DNA of 64,000 nucleotides from Pecten maximus. Lineage: Eukaryota. The stretch is taken from positions 42,780,001 to 42,844,000 of the forward strand of contig NC_047022.1 in assembly GCF_902652985.1 (NCBI RefSeq), read 5' to 3'. Under the pieces are notes generated by a model that saw only the letters and a program-made list of their open reading frames with translations, was not told the DNA's origin and did no database searches. Below, piece by piece: positions 24,852 to 37,014 of this stretch; positions within the stretch are counted from its first letter, which is position 1; each line of letters starts with the position of its first letter. Both the position numbers and the translations under genes were made by a program.

Positions 24852-26707
24852 TAAAATTGGTTGTTATGTTGCTCGTCTCTGTCACCGTGGTTCCACCAGT
24901 GGTCGTCCTCACGTCTTCCGCTGTGATATGCCTCATCCGCATGGGTCTTACTATTTTTGTACCAGGGTAGGTTGTTCCTAGATTCACTGTAGTACCTATT
25001 AATGTCATCACGATCGCTATACCAGCCACTATCTTCATGTTCATTTGCGAAGTCCGATTCGCGCGAAGTTTGAACATTTCGCCTTTGTCTATCAGATCGG
25101 TTATATGTTTGTTTTCGCTGTTCGTCCCTTTGAGCGTCCCATTCCGCTGGACTGAGCCACGTTCGACAATGAACACCTTTTGGCCAGAAGTTATTGTTCG
25201 TTACATCGTTAGAGAACGTCTGAGGTACATTTAGTTTCGCGGTTACTCTTCCACTTTTACTTCTGAATAACAGTAGCTGAGTCACTGTCACACCTCGCGA
25301 GGTTATGTATTTTGTAATTCCACTTTCGGTTGACTCCTCACCAATTCCCCTAAGATGAAACCTTGCCACTCGTTTACGCGTAACTCCAACAAAAACATCC
25401 TTTTGTTGTTGCGAGGTTACCGTAGATTTTTCCGAAAAATCTGTTGGTCGCGGGTTTCGGGGCACACCTGTATTTCCGGTACGTATGCTTCCTTTGGAGG
25501 TGCTACTATCTTGGAGAACGCGTTTCGACGGGGCTGACGAGTTATCACAAGATTGACCGGCACTGTCACTCGTCGAGGTAAGTATAGTGTCTACGTTACC
25601 GTTAGGCGTATTCGGTATAGGCGATGACGTCTGATCACACTCGCTCCGTACCTGTCCAGGTGAGGTACCCGTTACCGATTCATTCATAATAGAACCGTTA
25701 GGATTTACTTGGACTGTCGGCGTACGCGAGGGGCTCACAGTGGGGTTTGACTGCTCTCGGTAATTATCGGACATTATTGGCGTTATGGAATTATGTTCCA
25801 ACAACATTTTGCTGATCGCGTGTTGCAGCTCATATACCATGTTGGACAGTTTCTTATTTTCCTCCGTCATGTGTTTCATCTCTTGTAATAGACGTGCGTC
25901 TTTATTTTCTTTTCCTCTCATGTATTGTTCAAGATTACTCATACGTTCATGTATAGAATGTACAGCACTACTAAGTTCGGGGTTGACTGTGGGTGTTCTA
26001 TTACCATTATTTGGAGAGGTGACAGTACTTGCTCGTGGGCTTGATGGTTGTGGTGAGTTCAGGGGGGTACCATCAAAGAGTCTAGTAAGTCTAGCATTCC
26101 CCTGTGGAGCCTTAGCGCTAACGCCCTTACTGAATACACTATCTATCTCACTGTCATCACCATTAATGAACGATTGTAGTATGAAACAGTCTTTTGCGTA
26201 TTTTACACAACTAGTGGCACTCTGACTAGATTTCCTTGTGATAAATCTGCCTTGTGGACACTTGTCAATGGAGCCCGCCCTGCTCAACAGTATGGTTCTG
26301 TACCAGGTAATAGTGCCCTCGGAGTGGCCGAGTTCGAGTAGTTTCTGAACGTAATCATCGTGGTTTAAACCAAATAATGCATTGTCAAGTATCTCTATAA
26401 ACTGCTGATTAGGTATTGGACTCAAACTTTGTGACGATTTCTGGGTAGGAGTGGGACTACCTTGAGTAGACATGTTATTGCTGTCTGTTAACGTACCTTG
26501 AGTAGAGTTCAGCTCATCTCCGTTTCGTTGCCTTTGGTTCAAATGATCACTTGCAGAGTCATTATTCTGCTTTGTACTTTCACAATCCGAATTAGCATAG
26601 TATCTGGCACAGTTCTGTGATAGATCAGTCAATGAATAGTCACTATTTTCACCAGAATCGGTCGAACTTTGGGATCGACATTCTTGTACGTGTCCACCTT
26701 CCGCCAT
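24851..26707 (-). CDS. LINE ORF1 protein (618 aa; coiled coil, S/T-rich linker, RRM-like domain)
   Basis: Open 618-aa ORF starting GCC-context AAGATGGCGG, directly upstream of ORF2; FHLRGI...AKLNV...FWPKGVHCRTW is typical of LINE ORF1. Confidence 0.85.
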   Translation of the reverse strand: MAEGGHVQECRSQSSTDSGENSDYSLTDLSQNCARYYANSDCESTKQNNDSASDHLNQRQRNGDELNSTQGTLTDSNNMSTQGSPTPTQKSSQSLSPIPNQQFIEILDNALFGLNHDDYVQKLLELGHSEGTITWYRTILLSRAGSIDKCPQGRFITRKSSQSATSCVKYAKDCFILQSFINGDDSEIDSVFSKGVSAKAPQGNARLTRLFDGTPLNSPQPSSPRASTVTSPNNGNRTPTVNPELSSAVHSIHERMSNLEQYMRGKENKDARLLQEMKHMTEENKKLSNMVYELQHAISKMLLEHNSITPIMSDNYREQSNPTVSPSRTPTVQVNPNGSIMNESVTGTSPGQVRSECDQTSSPIPNTPNGNVDTILTSTSDSAGQSCDNSSAPSKRVLQDSSTSKGSIRTGNTGVPRNPRPTDFSEKSTVTSQQQKDVFVGVTRKRVARFHLRGIGEESTESGITKYITSRGVTVTQLLLFRSKSGRVTAKLNVPQTFSNDVTNNNFWPKGVHCRTWLSPAEWDAQRDEQRKQTYNRSDRQRRNVQTSRESDFANEHEDSGWYSDRDDINRYYSESRNNLPWYKNSKTHADEAYHSGRREDDHWWNHGDRDEQHNNQF

Positions 26708-28465
26708 CTTGTCAACGGAAAACCAGTATTGATTTCGGTTATAATACTTCTAGTAATACAAGTTTAAAATGCAATTCATACAAGATGTGAAATAAATGCT
26801 AATCATTTTGAATTTTTTATTAGCCAAAACAGCAATGATACCGTTATTTGTGATTTTTTGGGTAATTGTCCGCAATTGATAAAACGTGTCCATGAAAGAT
26901 CATAAAGTAAATTTTCAACATCATGGGTATATAATATATATATATAAATGAGGTAACTTTGGTTAATTACTCTATAGACAAACCTTTGAGATACGAATTT
27001 TTTTCGTTTGTAAAGAAAACGAAACTCACTGAATTCCAAAAATAATGTGTTTGATTTCAACAACTTGAAAATGTATTCCCTATAGTATAAACGCAATTCT
27101 TGATAAAATTCAAGCTCAATTTATGTACAACCTGTAAAAGCATGTCTTCGGAACTTTTTTGAAGTGCACAGAAACCAAACGCGTGAACTCACAAGCAATT
27201 ATCGGCGTGTGCCGATTAGAACACCAGAAATCACAGACACCTGCGGTGCAGAGACAGGTGTGACGAGCTTGTGGACCGTAATTTCACACCTGGTAGTTGT
27301 TTAGCGGTATACTATCCCATTCAAACTTGAGAATTTGTAATTCTCCGAACATGTTTATACATCTGTTAAGAAGTCCCTTTTTAAGTGAAGATATGACTTG
27401 CGACACGAATGGAAAGCAAAACCACAAGGATCTGGATCACTTCACAATAATGACACAATAAAAAAAAATAGCAAAAAATACATAAAATTTGAAAAAAAAA
27501 TCATACACGAAAATCATTGCGAGTTTATAAGTTTTAGTATTAATTATGATTAGTCACAATGAAATAATTTGTAGGTTTTTTATCATAAAAATAGGAGCTA
27601 AAATGATGGTTTTAATAAGTAGCTACTCTGTATGCTTTATACCCGTACAGAAAGTATCAATTATATTATAATTGTTGCGAATCACTTTTATATAATTTCA
27701 CTGACAACGATCGTATATAAATTATATCTTTCTCAAGCATTTAATCGTCCTTAATCCCTGAGACCATGGCATGTAAAATAAGGGATACAATCTGTATATG
27801 TAGAAGTTTGTTGTAGACTTCAACACTGGTATTCATACGGGAGAGATTTAGTCTATTGTAGATCATGATGATTATAATATATTACTTTCTGAATTAAGTG
27901 TCCTTCATGACTAGAAACAGGTTTTGTATAGAATATAACGCATGAATTTACTGTATGTGTGTTCGTCTGTTCTCACAAACCAGAGTATCCAGAACTGTTG
28001 TATTGTTGGTATGTTTATTTGAATATTAATTTGCGAATGAAATGGCACATTATTTTATATAAAAATGTTGATGCTGTGTTCCTTTCTTTGGTAATGAGTA
28101 AGAAATGGTAAACACATAACTAATATACATTTATTGGTGATTGACCGATTATTACATCAGTCTGTGTTAATCAGATTTCATTATTTTTTTTTTTAACTTA
28201 AACTTATATTGTTGGATTCCAACTTCTTGTCGGCAATTTTCGCCAAATTCAACAACCTAAAATCTCATGTCCAGATCGTATTCAGACATGTTTGTGCTGC
28301 TACTGTTCGCACTGTCCTCTATGCTACTGGCCACCATACTTCGATGTGCGATATATCGGCACTCGGCCAACCGATTTTGATGCGGTTTGCGACATTCTTC
28401 TTTGGTGTTTACAAAGAATAACATATTCGATTATCGTTTTACGTTCAGGGTACACTTTAAAAGAT

Positions 28466-29118
28466 ACAAGAGGCCCAATGGGCCTGTATCGCTCACCTGG
28501 CTCTACACCAACTTTGACGTTGATTGAGGTCATTTCTACACATAGATTTTTTACTATGCTGATTACCTCTTTTTTTCAAATATCAGTGTATGCTTACTTT
28601 TTCATATCAATAAATTTTCTAGTCCTTCATTCCAGCATAATATTTGTCTAATATCAGGTTTCAGAGACTGTTGGCTACCGCAAAATAATTGTTTACAGAT
28701 TTAAGCTGGTTTCACCCCTGTGACCATGAATGAAGGTCAGGGTTATTTATTTGAACAAACTTGGTAGCCCTACATCTCAGCATGCTACAGGCCCAATATC
28801 AAGTCCGTGGGCCTCTCAGCATGCTACAGGCCCAATATCAAGTCCCTGGGCCTCTTTGTTATTGAGAAGTCGTTGGAAGATTATAGCCTTTTTGACCTAT
28901 GTGACCTTGAATGAAGGTCAAGGTTATTTCTTTAAACAAACTTTGTAGCCCTTCACACCCGTATGCTACAAGTCCAATATCAAGTCCCTGGGCCTCTTGG
29001 TTATTGGGAAGAAGTTGTTTGAATGAAAAAGTTGACGCCAGACGGACCGACGGATTGACGGACGACGAACTCCGCACCACGGCAGAAGCTCACTTGCCCT
29101 TCGGGCAGGTGAGCTAAT
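28466..29118 (-). mobile_element. Helentron-derived non-autonomous element (HINE-like)
   Basis: ACAAGAGGCCCAATGGGCC hairpin plus GCTCACCTG at one end and AGCTCAC..CAGGTGAGCTAA at the other; GACG/GACC microsatellite near 29040; internal TGACCTTGA..AAGGTCA monomers. Confidence 0.8.
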
Positions 29119-29699
29119 AATAGGCAACGGTGACTGTTTCTACCTGATATACATGCCGTAGGAAATTACCTGATGTAAGTAAAACATTACTTTTTATTAC
29201 CGACAGTTGTTGTTATAAGAATCCGCCGATAATTTCTTTGGAACACAAATAATAGCATATATATACTAGATTTGATCAAGATCAAAACACTGGATTTCCA
29301 TCTAGGAAATAATCGCATACATTTTATAATTCTGACGAACGCTTTTGTACGTTCTACCTACGTTTTCTCTTCGTTTTCTCTTCGTTTCACTTCTTAAACC
29401 GTCATTTGATTTTGAACCGTGTCCTTGATCATAAAAATCGTTGGTCACGGTTAAACATTCATGCTATAGATGTGCTAATCATCAAGTCTATAGGTATCAG
29501 AATATTGGAAGAAAACATTTTAAGCGTAGATTGAGGATAATATTTAATGTTGGGGAGAAAATGTTTTCCAAAGGGTTTTTTTCCGAGTTATATTTGATGA
29601 TTTGACTTTCAAACGCTGCAAACACCTTCAAAATAACGTTTTCTTTCATATACAATGAAAATAAACCGTTTTAAAGATAATTTGATTTTTTTTTTATTT

Positions 29700-30240
29700 T
29701 GTATCAGTTGACCTCCGTGAATCGTGTATCTCGTACCTTGTATCGTGTTTACTCTACCGTGAATCGTGTATCTCGTACCTTGTATCGTGTTTACTGTACT
29801 GTGTATCCCGTTCCATGTATCGTGTATCCCGTATTGTATCATGTATACAGTAACATGTATCATCTATCCCGTACCGTGTATCGTGTATCCCGTACCATGT
29901 ATACCGTATAACAGTGAATCGTGTGTCTCGTACCTTTTATCGTGTTTACTGAACCGTATATCTTGTATTCCATACAGCGTATCGTCTCTCCCGTACCGTG
30001 TATTGTGTATACTGTACTGTGTATCTCGTACCAAGTATCGTGTATACCATACAGTGTATCGTGTATCATGTATCATGCATACCGTACCGTGCAGCTCGTA
30101 CCAAATACCGTGTATTTCGTAAAAAGTATCGTTTATACCGTACCGTGTTTTGTGTTTACTGTATCGTATATTATGTATCCCGCAAAAATATCGTGCATCC
30201 AGTACCGTGTATACCTTGCTGTGTATCGTGTAAACCATAC
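29700..30240. repeat. Degenerate short-period tandem repeat (TATCGTG/TACCGTG)
   Basis: Directly visible 7-bp-based periodicity. Confidence 0.9.
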
Positions 30241-31011
30241 TTTTATCTTCGGGTTTTTTTGTTGTTGTTTTTTTTGATGATTTGACCTTGAAACGTTGCA
30301 TACATCTTCATAAGAGCATTTTCTTCTAAAGAGAATCAAAATAAAAAAATTAAAAGAATTTGAAAATTTCGATTTTTGATTATTTGACCTCTGTGACCTT
30401 GAACGAAGGTCAAGATAAATGAAAAGTAACCAAGTTTGTAGCCCTTCGTACAAGCTATCACTGTGCTAAATATCAATTTGAATTATGGCGGGAAAACGAA
30501 AATTTTTCAAAGTGCCATTTCTTCTTCATTTTTCATCGCACGACCATAAAACTTGCACAGTTCATCTTCATCAATCACGCACTTTAAAATGCAATTAAAA
30601 AAAACTCATTTTGAATTTTAAAAGTTTTACCTCGATTTGAACTCGTTCTGGGACATTGACATGCATGTTAGAGAGAAAAGTATGTCCTGACTATGAACTA
30701 CAAGATGCACTGATAGTTTAAGGGAAAAAACGATAGAAAGATTTTTTTCAAATTTTTTTTTTTTATTTGACCTTGAATGAAGGTCAAGGTCAATGAAAAG
30801 TAATAAGTTTTGTAGCCACTCGCATATGCTATTGTTGTGCCAAAAATCAAGTCTATAGGTGTATAGATGACGGAAGAGAAGCATTTTTGCCTGAATTTTG
30901 AATTTTGGCGGGAAAAACTTTGAACTTTTCAAAGTGCCATACTTCCGATTATGACGACCAGGTGAGCAGTCGTGGTGAGGATCGCCTCCGTGAGTGCATT
31001 GGTTATATGGC

Positions 31012-32080
31012 TGTTACGGCCGGAAACTGCCAGTTAGTGAAAGGGTAAATTTACGTACAACTTAGAGGCACTACATAGAGTACACACACGTGTAAACCAA
31101 TCAGATCAAAGGCTGATAACACATTCAACAATGTTTAATTTACAAAATACATTTCAACATATACATATACATACATATAGTATAATACCTATATATTATA
31201 TGTAAGAATCAAATGACCGAACATTCTGGGCACTTAATGTAATGTACACAAGTACATTTGAAAAGTTAAACTGTAGGACATAAGCAAAAGTACAGAGTTC
31301 ATGCTAGGAATCAATCTTCCGCGTAATGGTAAGCATGATTGCGCGCGAGTCACTAACGCGACACGAGGCCATGATATTGTAAAAACGTTCCTGTCATCAA
31401 CAAGTAAACATGGCCTATATGTATATATAGTCGCGAGGGCCCAAATCCACACACGGTAAATTGACCACTTGTACTCACGTATAGGGTGGCAAACTCTCCA
31501 GTCCCGTGTTAGACATGCGGATCACAATATAATATATATTCCTGAGAAGGTTCTCCATGGCCGATGAATCTCAGCACAGCAAAAACAAGATTCTCTATGG
31601 CAGACGAATCCCAATACAGCAGTAGACTCTATTATCCAAATCAACTGGCCAGCCTCACGCTCTCACTGGTTAGCTTACAGCGCCATAATATGACTGGATT
31701 ACAGTTAAGTTGAAGTTAACCCATCACTGTTGAACACATATACAACAGTAAAACCTCAATACGGTTCATATTGTCACACAAACACCTCTTCCATCTCCTG
31801 ACTCGCCATGCGAACGCTCAGCATCTCCAGGAATCGCCGCGCGTTTCTCTTACAGCACTTTTCCCGTGATTTTCCCATAAGTCCATGTATACTGATGCGG
31901 AGCACGGATTGAAAGAAAGATACACACACGTCCAATGCGGAGCGCGGATTCATACACTTATCGGAAACACATTGTAGACTTATATCTAGTACACAATTTA
32001 CACTACATCATTTATGAAGTACAAATATAAATAATAGAATTTTGTTTTATACTCTCCATGTATTTCTAGTATACATAACA
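31012..32080 (-). repeat. 3' LTR (1069 bp)
   Basis: Appears identical to 37015-38084 except for a 1-bp indel. PPT AAGGGGGGAAG (minus strand) is adjacent at 32081-32092. Confidence 0.97.
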
Positions 32081-32282
32081 CTTCCCCCCTTAAAACAAAG
32101 TTTGAATTGTATGAAAACTTTGCAAGTATAAACTATACATAGTAATATCAATAATCAGTACATTATAACAAGCAAAAATCAAATAGTATATATATATATA
32201 TGATACCTCAACATCTAATGAATCTATATATAAACATACTGTGTAATATATATTACATTATTCAGAAACATAGAAGGTATAT

Positions 32283-35200
32283 TCAAATACCTGCTCTAGA
32301 CAGAGCATCTGCAACTTTGTTGTTTATTCCCTTAACATGTTTTACATCCAGGTTGAACTCTTGCAGGGTTAAAGCCCATCTTAAAAGTCTTTGATTTTTA
32401 TACTTCACCCTTTGGAGGAATGTAAGTGGATTATGATCAGTTAAGATAGTGATCGGACAAGCAGATCCACCTACATAGAATTCAAAATGTTGTACTGCTA
32501 GAACCAATCCTAAGCACTCCTTTTCTACCGTAGAATAGTTTCTCTGGTGCTTATTAAGTTTCTTTGAAAAGTAACTAACAGGGTGGTCAAAATCATCAAC
32601 ATTTTGTGTCAAAGCAGCTCCAACACCTATATCGCAAGCGTCTACAACAATAGTAAAGGGCTTTTCAAAATCAGGAGCTACTAATACTGGTTTGTTGGTA
32701 AGTATAGCCTTTATCTTCTCAAAGGAAACTTGACATTCTGCATTCCACTTAAACTTCACATTCTTTTGAAGTAGATTGGTCAATGGATAAGCCACAGTAG
32801 AAAAATTTGGACAAAAATTCCTATAAAATCCTGCCATGCCTAAAAATCTCATAACTTCTTTTCTGTTACTAGGAATTGGAAATTTATCAATAGCTTCAAC
32901 CTTGGCCTGTACAGGTTTTACTTGACCTAGACCTACAGTATGACCTAGATATTGAACTGTCGCACAACAAAGCTCACTCTTGACCAGATTGATTGTCAGA
33001 TTTGCCTCACTCATTCTTTCCATGAACGCACTCACTTGTTTCACATGTTGCTCCCAAGTGTCACTATAAATAACTACATCATCTATATAACACTCTGTAC
33101 CCTCAAGGTTAGCTATCATCTTGTTCATTAGCCTCTGAAAAGTGGCAGGGGCATTTCTCATGCCAAAGGGCATGACCTTATATTGATACAGACCGGTCGG
33201 AGTTACGAATGCGGAGACATTCTTTGCTCGCTCCGTTAAAGGGACCTGCCAGTAGCCTTTAAGAAGGTCAAATTTTGTAACATATTTTGCACTACCAACT
33301 TTGTCAATACAATCTTGCAACCTCTTCATAGGAAAAGAGTCAGTTTTAGTAACCGCATTAACTTTACGAAAGTCAGTACAAAACCGGAATGACTTATCAG
33401 GTTTAGGAACTAGCAAACACGGAGAACTCCATTCACTTTGGCTAGGTTCGATTATATCGTTATCCAACATGTACTGAATTTCATCACTCATTATCTTAGC
33501 CTTAACTGGGTTAAGCCTATATGGATGTTGCTTGATCGGAGTTGCCTCCCCTACATCAACATCATGAAACAATACTGTAGTCTTATTAGGGACATCTGGG
33601 AACAGGTGTATGTTCTCATTAATTAAACCTTTCATCTCTTCTCTCTGACCAACTGTCAGGTGTTCTAACTTTGTATCCAAGTTTGAGAGAACATCAGAGT
33701 TCCTAAGTCTAACTGAACAATCCCTATCATCAGGTTCTATATCCTGATCATCAATACTGTTCTCCACCACTTCTGGGTTTACTATAGCACAAGGAACACT
33801 TTTGGTATTCATGGGGTCATCTCGACCAACATACTTCTTTAACATATTGATATGACATAGCTGTTTAGTTTTCCTACGCCCTGGAGTTTTAACAACATAA
33901 TCCAGCTCTCCTACTCTACATTCTACTTCATAAGGTCCGTGATAACGAGCCTGTAGGGAGTGCCCTGGCACCGGTAACAGAACTAATACCATTTCTCCAG
34001 GTTCAAATACTCGACTCCGAGCATTTTTGGTCATACCAAGTTTTCATTTTCCTCTGACTAGCCTTTAAATTTGTACTAGCTATTTCCCTAGCCCTGACCA
34101 GTTTTTGTTTAAAATTGGTGACATACTCTAGAAGGTTGGTATCGGTGCTTTCTTCCAACCATTTTTCTTTCAGAAGTTTCAAAGGTCCACGGACTTTACG
34201 ACCAAATACAAGTTCAAATGGACTATAGCCCAGGGATTCCTGAACCGATTCACGAGCCGAAAACAATAGCATGTGAATGCCAGTGTCCCAGTCTTTTTCA
34301 TACTCCAAACAGTAGGTGCGTATCATATTTTTAAGAGTTTGGTGAAAACGTTCAAGTGCCCCTTGGGACTCTGGGTGGTACGCACTGGATTTGAACTGTT
34401 GGATACCTAGCTGATACATCACCTGCTGAAAAACAGTAGACATGAAATTTGAGCCCTGATCAGACTGTATAGATTTGGGCAAACCAACTAATGTAAAGAA
34501 TTTTGTCAATGCTGACACTATAGTGGTAGCCTTTATATTCCTTAAAGGAATGGCTTCTGGGAACCTTGTCGATGCACACATCACAGTTAATAGGTATTCA
34601 TTTCCTGACCTAGTTTTAGGTAGGGGACCTACACAATCTATAATAACTTGCGAAAAAGGTTCATCGCAGGCTGGTATGGGTTGGAGAGGGGCACAGGGTA
34701 TCTTTTGGTTTGGTTTTCCCACAACCTGACAGATATGACAAGATCTACAGTACCGAGCTACATCGCTTTTCATCTTAGGCCAGAAAAAATGGGTCAAAAC
34801 TCTATTATAAGTTTTGGTGACACCCAAATGCCCAGCCATAGGGCTGTCGTGACCTATTGACATTACCTGCTCCCTATATACCTTTGGTACCACAATCTGA
34901 TACACCACCTCCCACTCATCCTCCACACCTACATCTGGAGGTCTCCATTTCCTCATCAATACACCATCCTTTTCAAAATAACAAACAGGAACTTTGTCTC
35001 TTTCTTCCCCAGATAATGATTTATCTCGAAGGGATAATAATTCTGGATCCCTATTTTGCTCATAAATCAGGTGCTCCCGACTAAGCACGTCCTTGTTTAA
35101 ACTACCATGCTCTTCTAGTTTGGAACTTTTACCATTACATGTTTCCTTACTATGAGTAGGACTGGATTCAGCAACAGAAGTTTCATCTTCATTTTCTAAC

Positions 35201-36900
35201 ATTTTAGCACTCATTGCCCTAGTACAGATTCCTGTTGGTTGGACGAATACATTTTCTGTACATTCACTAACAGGTTGGTTAGTTACTATAGGGTTAACAA
35301 TAACTTTATCACCTGCTAAATCATTACCAAGGAGTAATGATACTCCTTCCATTGGAAGAGTAGGCAACACGCCCACTTGAACAAGCCCGGACACCAAGTC
35401 TGATTCAAGGTAAACCTGGTGAAGCGGGGCGGGTATAAATCCTGACCCAACGCCTTGGACCAGTACGTCAGCGCCCATATAAGTTTTCTCCGAAACAGGC
35501 AAAGCGCTTTCTAAAAACAGAGATTGACAAGACCCTGTGTCTCTAAGGATTGTAATAGGAATCCTGTTGTTATCTTCACCTTCAGGGGAAACATATCCCT
35601 GAGATAGAAAGGGTTTCATCTTGTCCATAACAGACTTAGATTTAGTAGGACAGTGTTTGTCCAGGCTCATGGTTTTAGCTGTTTTCCTTTTTGGGATTAC
35701 AGCGGTACACGCGTTAGGCTGTACACCTTTAGCCTTTCTCTCTTCCTTTTTCTTCAATGACCAACAGTCAGACATTATATGACCTTTCTTTTTACAATAT
35801 GCGCATGTCATTACCCTTACAGGACTCTCAGTACTTTGATGTACATTGTTAGTCTGATTTACAGACTTGTCAACTTGACCTGACTTAGTAGATTTATTGA
35901 TAGAACTAGCTGTAACATGGGAAGCTTGACTACTAACTGGAGTATTGTAATTAACCTTAGCACTTAGCTTATGGGTTAATGAATAATCATCAGCCATAAT
36001 GGCTGCCTGATTCAAAGTGTCCACCGTGTGCTCATCTAAATGACTTTTGACATCATTATGCACACACTTTTTAAATTCCTCCATTAACACAAGTTCCCTA
36101 AGTTTTTCAATATCATGACCAATATCTTTTGATCGAAGCCATCTATCAAACATCTGCGTCTTCTCGCGTGCAAACTCTACATGTGTCTGATCAGCTTGTT
36201 TTCTAGCATTTCTAAATTTCTGTCTATATGCTTCAGGCACAAGCTCATATGCCTTTAAAATGCGCTCTTTAACATAGTCATAATCCCCACTAAGCTCTAC
36301 AGGCATTACAGAGAAAATTTCTCTTGCTTTACCAAGTAAAACACTTTGTAACAAGATTGTCCATACATCCTTAGGCCATTTTAAACTACAGGCAACTTTT
36401 TCAAAGTGCAAGAAATATTTGTCGATTTCCTTTTCTTGAAATTTAGGTACAAGTCTAATGTTCTTAGTCGCGTCGAACTGACTCGAACCAAAACTCTGAG
36501 AGGGAATGGGCTGGGTTCTAACACTAGCGAGATCTAATTCCTTCATTTTAATCTGATGATCTCTCTCCTCACGCTCCATTTGACATTTCAACTCAAATTC
36601 TCTTTTGTCTTTCTCCATTCTCATCTCCTCACACTTGAACTGGTACTCAAGCTCTAAAGACCTTACCTTGTAAGCTTCCATTACCTTACCCACAGGGTCA
36701 GCCATAGCATCTGAGAAGGTTTCTTCAAAAATCCCACTATCGACAAAATATTTAACTACAACTTCTTTAATTTTCTGTTTTTTCATAGAAGATTGAACCT
36801 CAAGGTTTAAGTGGCCAGCAAGCAAGAACAAATCATCTTTCTTTAATAATGCTAAATTGTCCAATGTTGGACTCTGCATGAATTCTTCTGCATTAAACAT
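32283..36900 (-). CDS. gag-pol: Gag-Pol polyprotein (SCAN-like capsid, CCHC knuckle, aspartic protease, integrase, RT, RNase H); one +1 frameshift near 34030
   Basis: PEAYRQKFR (SCAN-like), CAYCKKKGHIMSDC, LRDTGS, HDSPMAGH..CRSCHIC, DCVGP/SDQG/ALERFH, GPY, MPFGMRNAPATFQ, YIDD, VDACD, ADALSR. Removing one C from GACCAAAAATGC restores WYDKNARSRVF. Confidence 0.93.
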
Positions 36901-36990
36901 GGTTGAAAGTGATTGGGTTTTACACAGAAATTCCACTAACAAAAAATATACATATTATCTATATATGCATAATATATAAACATAAACGGT

Positions 36991-37008
36991 ATCCCGGACG
37001 AGCCCCCA
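36991..37008 (-). promoter_or_regulatory. Primer-binding site for tRNA-Pro
   Basis: TGGGGGCTCGTCCGGGAT on the minus strand, the same sequence as the classical MLV tRNA-Pro PBS. Confidence 0.95.
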
Positions 37009-37014
37009 TTTTCC

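Larger units (their letters stand above)
21274..27200 (-). mobile_element. Near full-length non-LTR retrotransposon, RTEX-like
   Basis: ORF1 plus APE-RT ORF2, short 3' UTR, AATAAA, (ATTG)5 tail at 21274-21293. The 5' boundary is approximate and no TSD was found. Confidence 0.88.
20634..28456. mobile_element. Non-autonomous Kolobok-type DNA transposon (TTAA TSD), interrupted by a LINE
   Basis: TTAA|AGTGTACCCTGAACG ... CGTTCAGGGTACACT|TTAA: perfect 15-bp TIR with an imperfect extension (AATATGTTATT..ATCAAAATCGG). Purine-purine start fits Kolobok rather than piggyBac. Confidence 0.8.

Noticed and set aside
29609-30453. Cys/Tyr-rich ORFs on both strands
   Set aside because: Translations of the TATCGTG-type tandem repeat.
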